The notes: a model not told the origin generated them from the letters alone. A DNA stretch of 40,083 nt from a virus (IMGVR_UViG_3300033145_001793:1-40083), one strand, 5' to 3'; numbered from the stretch's first letter, positions 19,560-27,155 are shown. Program-made: numbers and translations.

Positions 19560-20305
19560 AGCCTGTGTCGAAAAAGAAACCCATTGTCTGCATAGACCCA
19601 GGGCATGGAGGAGGAGATCGTGCCAACCGAGGACCCACAGGATATGTGGAAGCCGATGGTGTCTTGGACATAGCATTGAAGGTACGGGATATACTGGCCG
19701 GGTATCCAGTGGACGTGGTGATGACCCGGGAGAAGGACGAAACCGTCAGCCTGAAAGAGAGAGTTTCTATAGCCAACAATGCCAATGCTAATGTATTCGT
19801 GAGCATCCATACCAATGCAGCCGGTACACCTGCAGCCGAAGGAATAGAAACATACTACAGCATATTCAGCGAAATCGGAGAAGGCGGTCACAAGTTGGCG
19901 GTATGTATCCAGGAGGAGCTTTGCAGAGCTACGAATCGGAAAAGCAGAGGTATCAAGACCCGAAGGGGCAGAGATGGCAGGGACTATTACTACGTCATCA
20001 AAAAAACCAAGATGCCGGCTGTAATACCGGAGTGCGGCTTTCATACCAACCCTACGGAGGAGCAGCTGCTGAAATCGGAAGGCTTCAGGCTGTTGTGTGC
20101 CTTGGGTATAGCTAGGGGGATATTGAGGTATTTTGATATACCGGAAAAGAAAGAGGATGTACCAGTAGAGCCAGAGAAATCCGAACTACTAGAGCCAGAG
20201 AAGCCCGAACTGCCGGAGGCAGACGTGAAGGACGAAATGCGAAAGCAGGTGGCCATTGCCAAGATGGCCATAGAGAAGATAGAAAAATTGCTTAAGGAGG
20301 TGTAA
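19556..20305 (+). CDS. Endolysin, N-acetylmuramoyl-L-alanine amidase (Amidase_3)
   Basis: IDPGHGG, E, VSIHTNA, PAVIPECGF catalytic motifs; PEK-repeat linker and helical C-terminus. Confidence 0.93.
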   Translation: MKPVSKKKPIVCIDPGHGGGDRANRGPTGYVEADGVLDIALKVRDILAGYPVDVVMTREKDETVSLKERVSIANNANANVFVSIHTNAAGTPAAEGIETYYSIFSEIGEGGHKLAVCIQEELCRATNRKSRGIKTRRGRDGRDYYYVIKKTKMPAVIPECGFHTNPTEEQLLKSEGFRLLCALGIARGILRYFDIPEKKEDVPVEPEKSELLEPEKPELPEADVKDEMRKQVAIAKMAIEKIEKLLKEV

Positions 20306-20308
20306 ACC

Positions 20309-20560
20309 ATGGACAAAACCATATTCGGCGTCGCACTTGTACCCATCATTATAGGCATTTCCGAAGTTGCAAAGCGTGTGGGCTTCCCTAAGAAGTTCAT
20401 CCCCATACTAGACCTGACGCTGGGTATTGCTGCCGGATTTATTTATGCGGCTCCCGGAAATGCAAAGGAAGCTGCACTGGTGGGTATTGCTTTGGGGCTG
20501 AGCGCATCGGGATTGTACAGCGGTGTGAAAAACGTGGCGCAGGCCGTGAAAGGGGAATAG
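20309..20560 (+). CDS. Holin
   Basis: Three hydrophobic segments, KKFIP and GLSASGLYS motifs. Confidence 0.85.
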   Translation: MDKTIFGVALVPIIIGISEVAKRVGFPKKFIPILDLTLGIAAGFIYAAPGNAKEAALVGIALGLSASGLYSGVKNVAQAVKGE

Positions 20561-20569
20561 CAATGATGA

Positions 20570-20594
20570 GGCCGGGGGAACCCGGTCTTTTTTT
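20570..20594 (+). terminator. Late-operon terminator
   Basis: GGCCGGG-GGAA-CCCGGTC followed by a T-run. Confidence 0.75.
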
Positions 20595-20776
20595 GTTTTT
20601 TTTGTAGCCACTTGATAGAACTACATAAAAGGTAAAAATACTTGAAAAAATCCATCAAAAAGGTAACTGTACTTGAAATGGCTTTCTTCCTTTCCCCCAT
20701 TCACCAAAACTCACTTCCATTCATAGCATATAGTGCAACGGAAAGCGGTTCAGGAATATGCCGATCAAGAATGGAC

Positions 20777-20805
20777 AAAAAAAAATAAGCCCTTATTCGG
20801 GCTTT
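20777..20805 (-). terminator. Terminator of the minus-strand accessory operon
   Basis: Minus strand AAGCCC-GAATAA-GGGCTT-A-T9. Confidence 0.75.
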
Positions 20806-20834
20806 ACGGCAGGATAGCGTCTTCCCGACGAGGC

Positions 20835-20981
20835 TCAAGGGACCACAAACTTTGTTTTTACCAGGTTCAAGTCATATTTAGCATGGTATAGAGATGTCGC
20901 CGCTTCTGTTGTTTTCTTGCTGACGCCATCCCTTATTGTAAAGGTTGTGCCTGAAAAAATTTCATCCATTACGTTCGTCAT
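20835..20981 (-). CDS. 48-aa hypothetical protein (not in ORF track)
   Basis: MTNVMDEIFSGTTFTIRDGVSKKTTEAATSLYHAKYDLNLVKTKFVVP, RBS GAAAGGAG, downstream of repeat copy B. Confidence 0.55.
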   Translation of the reverse strand: MTNVMDEIFSGTTFTIRDGVSKKTTEAATSLYHAKYDLNLVKTKFVVP

Positions 20982-21001
20982 TTTATCTTCATCTCCTTTC
21001 T

Positions 21002-21037
21002 TTTTTATTCTGCCGGGAATTACGCCTCCCGGCAGGC
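21002..21037 (-). repeat. Intergenic hairpin repeat, copy B
   Basis: TTTTTATTCTGCCGGGAATTACGCCTCCCGGCAGGC; 7-bp stem GCCGGGA/TCCCGGC. Confidence 0.9.
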
Positions 21038-21040
21038 GAT

Positions 21041-21400
21041 TTAAATTCCATAGCCGAAAGTTCCATCCACAGCGCCCTCATCTATGAGGGCGTTTTCCCA
21101 TGCATATGGGGAATTTCCGCCCCATACAACGAATTCATGAGCCGGCTGTGGAAGAATATGACCTTCCATATACTCCTCCCATCTATCAGGAGGTTTTTCA
21201 GAAATGAATCCGACATATTCAAATGACAGTTCTTCCTCCCTGAACTTTTCCACCAAAGAGCTCAAGAATTGCTCTCCAAATTCTTTGAGCTCCCTTTTCC
21301 CCTCCTCCCCGAAATCATCAGGGAGGTAATAGAAACGGACATATGTTGGACAGCAGTCTTCTGCGTAGAAATAAACTGCAACATCTTCTCTCTTAATCAA
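21041..21400 (-). CDS. Acidic hypothetical protein (anti-defence candidate)
   Basis: 119 aa, about 26 D/E vs 10 K/R, strong RBS AAAGGAGG, bracketed by the two repeats. Confidence 0.75.
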   Translation of the reverse strand: MIKREDVAVYFYAEDCCPTYVRFYYLPDDFGEEGKRELKEFGEQFLSSLVEKFREEELSFEYVGFISEKPPDRWEEYMEGHILPQPAHEFVVWGGNSPYAWENALIDEGAVDGTFGYGI

Positions 21401-21421
21401 TTTTTTTTCCTCCTTTAATTT

Positions 21422-21458
21422 TTTTTATTTTGCCGGGAATTACGCCTCCCGGCTGGGC
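21422..21458 (-). repeat. Intergenic hairpin repeat, copy A
   Basis: TTTTTATTTTGCCGGGAATTACGCCTCCCGGCTGGGC; core identical to copy B. Confidence 0.9.
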
Positions 21459-21468
21459 AGGAAGAACT

Positions 21469-21837
21469 CTATTTCAGGCCTGCATTGATCATGGCCTGGT
21501 CAATATATCTTTCTAGGTCCTCTTCCGTGAAGTTGGGGTCATGATTGAACCCCAGAGCGAAACTAGAATTTTCATAATTATAGTTGAAGCCGGTGGGTGC
21601 GGATCTAAAATCTAGAACCTCACCTTTTTCGTTGAAGTGGGCTGTTGTGTAGCCGTATTTGCGGATACTTTCTAAAAGTTTTTGAAACATGTTATTTATC
21701 TCCTTGTTTTTATTTTTTTTATATTGCTTCCAGAGGAACTCCACGAATTCCCCTGGGTAGCGGAGACCGAGCTCAACTGCTTCGTGCCTCATTTCCTTGT
21801 CGACAGAGTCAGGTATGTTGAATGTACTTCTAGCCAT
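21469..21837 (-). CDS. Ribbon-helix-helix domain fused to an unknown domain with an internal start
   Basis: MARSTFNIPDSVDKEMRHEAVELG fits the RHH pattern; internal RBS AAGGAG plus ATG at 21690. Confidence 0.65.
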   Translation of the reverse strand: MARSTFNIPDSVDKEMRHEAVELGLRYPGEFVEFLWKQYKKNKNKEINNMFQKLLESIRKYGYTTAHFNEKGEVLDFRSAPTGFNYNYENSSFALGFNHDPNFTEEDLERYIDQAMINAGLK

Positions 21838-22207
21838 TGATGATACCTCCTAATATTCTCTCTTTATTTTCTTCTATAGCAGCCAAACAACATTGATTTA
21901 CGAAAGTATCTTCTTTGAAATATTCTTTGGCTTTGCTAATCAAGACATCAATTTTATCAACAAGTTCAGGGTGTTTCTTAATTTGAATGAACCCTTCTTT
22001 CACTTGCTCGACGACTGCACGTTTTTTCTGGTCGTCGTAGCTGAAATATGGAAGGTATTCTCCGCTGGGTTGTTCAGGTGTCAGGCCTTCTATGGGTTTA
22101 TTAGACATCCAGAGTTTTAGATGACGATTCCATTTTGCACCAGCAGCTTTCACTTTCTTATGTTCAGGGTTGTTGTATTTGGTCTTGTATGCATATTTCA
22201 TTATCAA
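21830..22207 (-). CDS. Hypothetical protein, first gene of accessory operon
   Basis: KVKAAGAKWN...W motif (resembles DUF5710-type small domain). Confidence 0.7.
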   Translation of the reverse strand: MIMKYAYKTKYNNPEHKKVKAAGAKWNRHLKLWMSNKPIEGLTPEQPSGEYLPYFSYDDQKKRAVVEQVKEGFIQIKKHPELVDKIDVLISKAKEYFKEDTFVNQCCLAAIEENKERILGGIING

Positions 22208-22234
22208 TCATCCTTTCATTTTATTTTCAATTTA

Positions 22235-22263
22235 ATTATAGCATCATAATGCTATGATGTCAA
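22235..22263 (-). promoter_or_regulatory. Consensus sigma-A promoter with overlapping inverted-repeat operator
   Basis: TTGACA-17bp-TATAAT; palindromes CATCATA-N4-TATGATG and ATAGCAT-N4-ATGCTAT overlap the spacer. Confidence 0.88.
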
Positions 22264-22345
22264 TACAAAAATAAAAATTTAACATTATGTTCGGTTTTTG
22301 TTCGGTATACATAAAAACCGGCGTAAAATCGCCGGAGCTAGTTAT

Positions 22346-22374
22346 TGCAAACAAACTGCAAACATTTTGCAAAC
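22346..22374 (+). repeat. Integrase arm-type sites (left), 3 x TGCAAAC
   Basis: Direct repeats at 22346, 22357 and 22368 (11-bp period). Confidence 0.75.
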
Positions 22375-22500
22375 GTAAAATTTATAAAAATATGAAAAAG
22401 AATATCAAAGCCTAAAAAATAAAACGGTTGAAACCCAGTAAAATGCGGAATTTTTGGGAAAGGATAAAAAAAATTAAAATTAGATAAAAAAGCTGAAAAC

Positions 22501-22548
<48 letters not shown>

Positions 22549-22562
22549 TAGTGAAACTAAGT

Positions 22563-22590
22563 AAAGACGCCGATTTGAGGCGTTTTTTTG
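22563..22590. terminator. Terminator after attP core / integrase
   Basis: AAAGACGCC-GATTTGA-GGCGTTTTTTT. Confidence 0.7.
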
Positions 22591-22621
22591 TTGTGCGAAA
22601 ATTTTCTATTTCATGAGGGAT

Positions 22622-22639
22622 TGCAAACATTTTGCAAAC
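22622..22639 (+). repeat. Integrase arm-type sites (right), 2 x TGCAAAC
   Basis: Same motif and 11-bp spacing as the left arm. Confidence 0.75.
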
Positions 22640-22644
22640 ATGGG

Positions 22645-23766
22645 CTATTTCTGGCCGAGTACATCATCAATTTTCTCCGCAGCTTCTTTTTGCATACTTG
22701 GCATTAAATGCGAATATGTATCCAGGGTAATAGAAATAGAAGAATGTCCCAGCCTTTCCTGGACTACTTTTGGATGCACACCTTTTAGGAGGAGTAGAGA
22801 AGCATGGGTATGCCGGAGGTTGTGAAACGGTATTTTAGGCAGTTCTAGCTTTTTCAATAATTTCGGGAATGCATGGGTAATGTAGTCCGGCCTGTAGTGC
22901 GTACCGTCGTCCCAGCAGCAAACAAATCCATTATCTTTATAGCGTGTCCCCAGCGTCAGCTTGTTTTGGGCCTGTTTCTTTTTTTCTTCTTTTAATGCCC
23001 TTGCGGTTATTTTTGTCATTGTAATAGACCTTTTGCCTTGTTCTGTCTTAGGGGCTCTGATTGAAGTTTTTCCCTTAACCATGGTCAGGTTTCGCTGTAC
23101 GTATATAGTTTTTGTGTCAAAGTCTACGTCATCCCATTTTAAACCGAGTATTTCTCCTCGTCTCATCCCGCAAGTGAGCGCCAGCACAACCGGTAAGTAT
23201 AAAGAAGTGTCTTTAGCCCCTTCAAGCAGCTGATTCGCCTGTTCTTCCGTCAATACGGTCATTTTTGGCTGGTTTTTCTTTGGCGGGGTTACACCTTTGC
23301 AGGGATTTGTAGGTACCAGCTGCCACTTTATGGCGGTGTTAAGTGCAATGTTTAGAACGGAATAGTAGTACCGGATGGTTGTTGTAGAAAGTTCGGAATT
23401 CTTTAGCAGGTGGGAACAAAACCCTTGAATATGATGTGGCCGCAGTTTACTAAGTTTAATATTTCCCAGGCGGGATACAACATTTCTAACTGCATCGACA
23501 TAACTCTCATACGTAGTTGGTGCTACATTGTGATAAGCGTAATCCTCAAGCCACATCTCCAGGTACTCTTTAAGAACCATGTTTTTTGCATCAGCAACTT
23601 GTCCCTTTTCGATCCTGGTGATTATGTCAGCAAGGTCTTTTTCAGCTTCCTTCTTGGTTTTGTACCCGCTGTACCATTTTTGTTTTCGCTTTCCGGTAAC
23701 AGGGTCTTTCCCAAGGTCCACAACAATACACCATTTGCTTCCTCTTTTTCTTACGTGACCACGCAT
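22645..23766 (-). CDS. int: Tyrosine integrase
   Basis: N-terminal arm-binding domain MRGHVRKRG, GMRRGE, HNLRHTHA, LGHS, TLDTYSH; start chosen from RBS AAGGGAG. Confidence 0.96.
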   Translation of the reverse strand: MRGHVRKRGSKWCIVVDLGKDPVTGKRKQKWYSGYKTKKEAEKDLADIITRIEKGQVADAKNMVLKEYLEMWLEDYAYHNVAPTTYESYVDAVRNVVSRLGNIKLSKLRPHHIQGFCSHLLKNSELSTTTIRYYYSVLNIALNTAIKWQLVPTNPCKGVTPPKKNQPKMTVLTEEQANQLLEGAKDTSLYLPVVLALTCGMRRGEILGLKWDDVDFDTKTIYVQRNLTMVKGKTSIRAPKTEQGKRSITMTKITARALKEEKKKQAQNKLTLGTRYKDNGFVCCWDDGTHYRPDYITHAFPKLLKKLELPKIPFHNLRHTHASLLLLKGVHPKVVQERLGHSSISITLDTYSHLMPSMQKEAAEKIDDVLGQK

Positions 23767-23783
23767 ATTATCAACTCCCTTCA

Positions 23784-23797
23784 AGAACATATGTTCG
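23784..23797. promoter_or_regulatory. LexA/DinR (Cheo) SOS box upstream of int
   Basis: CGAACATATGTTCT on minus strand matches Firmicute GAAC-N4-GTTC. Confidence 0.7.
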
Positions 23798-23806
23798 TAC
23801 ATAAGG

Positions 23807-24292
23807 TTAAAAAAATTTTGCTTTCAGTATGTCATAATATCCATTTTCCAAAAGTTCCTGGGTGAGGTGTTTCCTGAAGCGGACCAGGCCAATATCAACC
23901 CCAAATTCCTCACTCAAGCAATAGTCACATTCGCATTCTTTCATGGCTTTTTCAAACACACCTAAAGGCATGAGAAAATATGCTGCGAATGCTTTTGCCT
24001 GTGCTTCTTCCTTGGCCACCTGCCATTTATTTTTATTGGTCTGATTCCCAGTGTGGTACTGTATGTGACAGCTTTCATGCACCAGGTATTCTCTATATTT
24101 TGAATCAGGTACATTTCCGACAAGAACATTGTTGCCTATAATAGCAGCTGTAGTTTTGAGATGTTTTAGCACCTGGATTTTATATTTTTCATTCGTGATG
24201 ATTTGTTCTATGATATATACTGGTACCGGGAACTCATTTATGTTGTACTTATTAAGTAGTGCATTTGCCTTCTGGGCCATCAACAAATACAT
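23807..24292 (-). CDS. ImmA/IrrE-family metalloprotease (anti-repressor)
   Basis: HESCH (HExxH), E.QA..FAAYFLMP; lies between repressor and integrase. Confidence 0.88.
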   Translation of the reverse strand: MYLLMAQKANALLNKYNINEFPVPVYIIEQIITNEKYKIQVLKHLKTTAAIIGNNVLVGNVPDSKYREYLVHESCHIQYHTGNQTNKNKWQVAKEEAQAKAFAAYFLMPLGVFEKAMKECECDYCLSEEFGVDIGLVRFRKHLTQELLENGYYDILKAKFF

Positions 24293-24402
24293 CAGTCATA
24301 CCTCCCTCACAATGCTTGTCCCACTGTAATATGGCCCCTGTACTGCTTTACCTGCTGTGTTTTAAGCTTTTTTATTTTGCTGTAATATGGTAAAATATAT
24401 TC

Positions 24403-24416
24403 AGAACTAATGTTTG
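24403..24416. promoter_or_regulatory. Second putative SOS box
   Basis: AGAACTAATGTTTG just downstream of an extended -10 (TGGTAAAAT) and upstream of ORF 24428. Confidence 0.45.
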
Positions 24417-24427
24417 GTGGTGAAAAT

Positions 24428-24637
24428 ATGTCTTATGATTTAACAAAAGATTCAGCCCGAATTGATGCTCTTATAAAATATGGACCGAAAGCTACAGAGA
24501 TTATAGATTTTTATGAACGTCGGATATCAGAATATAATAAGTCATCATACTCATTTAAGGCTGAAACTCTCCGTATGTCAGCTATAATCGCAATAGTGTT
24601 TGTGGCTATAATTATTATTGATAGATTATTTTTATAG
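24428..24637 (+). CDS. Small membrane-anchored hypothetical protein
   Basis: RBS GGTGGTG, C-terminal TM segment SAIIAIVFVAIIII; antisense to its neighbours. Confidence 0.6.
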   Translation: MSYDLTKDSARIDALIKYGPKATEIIDFYERRISEYNKSSYSFKAETLRMSAIIAIVFVAIIIIDRLFL

Positions 24638-24645
24638 AATTGTGT

Positions 24646-24849
24646 TTAATTCATTGATTTTCGAACCAAGTCACCAATTCGCACTGTTCTGTCGAAATCC
24701 TCGAGCCCGCCGGTGATTTCGGTGGGTTCGACTTTTAGCGCTTTCCTTTCTTTTCTTCCTGTTGCTAATAACATGGCAATGTTTGTTATAGCTGTAGTGT
24801 CTACATAACTGAATTCATCGCTTTTGCATACAGACATTTTTTCATACAC
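24646..24849 (-). CDS. Hypothetical protein
   Basis: 67-aa ORF overlapping the exonuclease stop codon. Confidence 0.45.
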   Translation of the reverse strand: MYEKMSVCKSDEFSYVDTTAITNIAMLLATGRKERKALKVEPTEITGGLEDFDRTVRIGDLVRKSMN

Positions 24850-25489
24850 TTGGTCTACTTAAATATCCAAGTTCTCTTGCTTTCTTGAATACCAGATATA
24901 CCGCTACCGTATCATAACGACTATCATGATATCTCATATCTAAATCTCCAAAAACATTCGAAGCAAAACTGTATATGTAATCTGGGTCAATTCCTAAGAA
25001 ATCAACTAATTCACTGAGTTTAGGGTATTTTATCCTTCCATAGCTGTCTTGCAGTTTACATATACTTGTAAAGTATTTCATTGTACATATATTACCGTTT
25101 GGCTTATACCTAACTCTTGCCAGTCTCAACTTTTTATACTCAGCATTTAAAAACTTCAGGTCAAAATCAAGATTATGAGCGATAAGACACTTGTTTTCAA
25201 AATCGCTATATATCTCTCTACAATGATGACTGAAATATTTCCCATCTGACAAAATATGTAGTTTCTTTTTTGTTAATCCATTGACCTTGCTTGCACTCCT
25301 CGACATTTTTTCTACAGAAAAATAATAGTTACATGCTTTTAAAATATTAAGTTCTTTATCAGTAATCAGGTAGGATAATTGTGCTATTTCTCCTGGAACT
25401 AAATCTGTTGTCTCGGTATCAAAGAAAAGTAATCCTCGTTCCTTGGGCTGACGTTTAAAGATGCTCCCCAGGTTTTGGATTAAACCCAT
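24842..25489 (-). CDS. DEDDh 3'-5' exonuclease (DnaQ-like)
   Basis: ExoI FFDTETT, ExoII AHNLDFD, ExoIII HDSRYD. Confidence 0.9.
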   Translation of the reverse strand: MGLIQNLGSIFKRQPKERGLLFFDTETTDLVPGEIAQLSYLITDKELNILKACNYYFSVEKMSRSASKVNGLTKKKLHILSDGKYFSHHCREIYSDFENKCLIAHNLDFDLKFLNAEYKKLRLARVRYKPNGNICTMKYFTSICKLQDSYGRIKYPKLSELVDFLGIDPDYIYSFASNVFGDLDMRYHDSRYDTVAVYLVFKKARELGYLSRPSV

Positions 25490-25548
25490 CCTTCAACCCC
25501 CTCCAGGCTATTTTCCATTCCCCCTCTTGCTTTACCCCTTAAAATCCA

Positions 25549-25938
25549 TTATTTGCCCTTTCTTTCTCTCCTAGCCTTCATAGCCTCAAGGTACGTGATG
25601 AGCCCCTCCTTCTCCTCATCAGTCATGTTTTCAAGCCCGTGAAAAGCCACCCGCAGGTCCGGGTCGCTGAGCAGTTCCCTGAGGCGTGCGTCCAGCTGAT
25701 GGGAGTAGTCTGATCTAGATTCCGCTACATACATTGGTTCATTTTCCCCTAGCAGGTACGATACTGTTGTATTCAATGCTTTAGCTATTGAAGTTAACGT
25801 ATCCAGCGAAGGATTGGTTCTATTTCTTATTATGTCTCCCATATAACCTTTTGAAATATTACATTTATCCGCAAGTTCTTGAATAGTCAAATTTAGTTCT
25901 TTCCTTAGTGCGTCTATACGGCCACCAAGAGTATTCAT
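25549..25938 (-). CDS. CI/ImmR-like XRE repressor
   Basis: HTH LRKELNLTIQELA...NPSLDTL..IAKALNTTVSYLLG; no S24 autoprotease domain. Confidence 0.9.
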   Translation of the reverse strand: MNTLGGRIDALRKELNLTIQELADKCNISKGYMGDIIRNRTNPSLDTLTSIAKALNTTVSYLLGENEPMYVAESRSDYSHQLDARLRELLSDPDLRVAFHGLENMTDEEKEGLITYLEAMKARRERKGK

Positions 25939-25993
25939 AAATACACCCCATTTTTGATAGCGTAATGTTATAACGTTAATTCCGTACAACTAT

Positions 25994-26022
25994 ATTTTAC
26001 AATTAGTGGCATGAGATAACAA
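25994..26022 (-). promoter_or_regulatory. Putative repressor promoter
   Basis: TTGTTA-17bp-TAAAAT. Confidence 0.5.
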
Positions 26023-26033
26023 TACCATTATTG

Positions 26034-26155
26034 GACGTAAATAAAGCACAAAATAGTGCGAAAACAGAAGAAATAATTAGCTAGGCAAGAATAACTTACC
26101 ATAATGGACGTATATAAAGAACGGATGAGTTGATATTAAACCGTATATAACGTAC
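26034..26155 (+). promoter_or_regulatory. Operator array CGTAWATAAMGHAC (3 copies here, a 4th at 26394-26409)
   Basis: GACGTAAATAAAGCAC (26034), GACGTATATAAAGAAC (26107), ACCGTATATAACGTAC (26140). Confidence 0.7.
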
Positions 26156-26158
26156 AAT
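26130..26158 (+). promoter_or_regulatory. Early lytic promoter
   Basis: TTGATA-17bp-TACAAT overlapped by an operator copy. Confidence 0.7.
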
Positions 26159-26180
26159 ACTAATTAAGGAGGTGAACATC

Positions 26181-26426
26181 GTGGGAAAAGTAAAAATAGA
26201 CGTAGCAACAGTCATAAAAGAAGCCAGAAGCAATAAAGGATATACCTTAAGAGAACTTGGGAAACTAACCGGATTATCTCATAGTTTCTTAGGCGATATC
26301 GAGGCTGGCAGGTCAAGACCGTCTTATGAGAATCTGATTAAAATAATAAGGGTTTTAGATATTCCATTAGAAAAAATTTTTTTCATCAAAAAAGACGTAA
26401 ATAAAGAACAAACTAAATCCGCATAA
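26181..26426 (+). CDS. Cro-like XRE HTH protein
   Basis: Divergent from repressor; TLRELGKLTGLSHSFLGDIEAGRSRPS. Confidence 0.88.
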   Translation: MGKVKIDVATVIKEARSNKGYTLRELGKLTGLSHSFLGDIEAGRSRPSYENLIKIIRVLDIPLEKIFFIKKDVNKEQTKSA

Positions 26427-26441
26427 AGGAGGTGAGTGAGG

Positions 26442-26618
26442 GTGGATAAAAAAGCTAACATTGGCAAGCTTGAGCTGAAACTGGATGTGGATACTGAAGA
26501 GGCAAAGAAAAAGCTCTTGGAACTTGAAGAAATAGCAGACAGAGTAGCGGAAAAGATAGCAAGAGTTGTTGAAAAAAGTGCCCGGATTGGTGTTCAAAAC
26601 ACAACAGTTAATGACTAG
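26442..26618 (+). CDS. Hypothetical protein
   Basis: RBS AAGGAGGTG, coiled-coil; start uncertain. Confidence 0.55.
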   Translation: MDKKANIGKLELKLDVDTEEAKKKLLELEEIADRVAEKIARVVEKSARIGVQNTTVND

Positions 26619-26833
26619 AATTTGAGTCTCTTATTAATTTTGTCAATTGTCTTACTAAATTCTTTGATGCTTTTATCTAACTTTTTTGGTAGGTCGCCTT
26701 CGATGTTAATGCGTGTTCTACACCCTTTACAGTAGACATATCCCTTGACTAAAGTTTCCAGGCTTCCTTCAAGGGATTTCAACACAGGGGTTCCGCAGTT
26801 TGGGCATTTTACTTCTTCGGAAATAATTATCAA
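26615..26833 (-). CDS. Antisense zinc-ribbon protein
   Basis: CPNCG...CKGC; RBS AAGGAG at 26834-26839, start codon uncertain. Confidence 0.55.
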   Translation of the reverse strand: MIIISEEVKCPNCGTPVLKSLEGSLETLVKGYVYCKGCRTRINIEGDLPKKLDKSIKEFSKTIDKINKRLKF

Positions 26834-26918
26834 CTCCTTAATCCGGGCACATCTACCATTTCGACATAAGAAATGGAAAACCTGCCGGCAAAACACAGCC
26901 TGAGGAGGTGAGTGGGGC

Positions 26919-27140
26919 GTGATACTTGATATTAATAAGCATGCCTTGGCTCTTAGAATTAAGAAGGTACTATTTAACGGGGAAGAAATAAAAGGCGTTT
27001 ATATCGCTGATGATGAAACTGGTGTAATCATCGGCTATAAGCTCAATGACAGAGGGGAACCGCTCCTTAACGCATCTGGGGAGCCGATTATTTATTCCAA
27101 AGTAGGGAAAGTAGAAATTGTTTTAGATGATTCACTATAA
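26919..27140 (+). CDS. Hypothetical protein
   Basis: RBS GGAGGTG, 73 aa. Confidence 0.6.
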   Translation: MILDINKHALALRIKKVLFNGEEIKGVYIADDETGVIIGYKLNDRGEPLLNASGEPIIYSKVGKVEIVLDDSL

Positions 27141-27155
27141 AGGAGGTGAGTAAGG

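Noticed and set aside
20155-20220. Tandem TAGAGCCAGAGAA repeat in the endolysin gene
   Set aside because: Encodes an ordinary Pro/Glu-rich linker (EPEK repeats).
265-20406. Many antisense ORFs of 60-200 aa within structural genes
   Set aside because: Shadow frames of well-supported plus-strand genes, lacking RBS or recognisable motifs.
20793-20837. Possible selenocysteine/TGA readthrough of the 48-aa ORF (13 further codons to TAA, small hairpin after TGA)
   Set aside because: No redox motif, the hairpin is weak and a 13-codon extension is expected by chance.
21002-21458. CRISPR array
   Set aside because: Only two copies, separated by a 380-bp gene-containing segment, and no cas genes.
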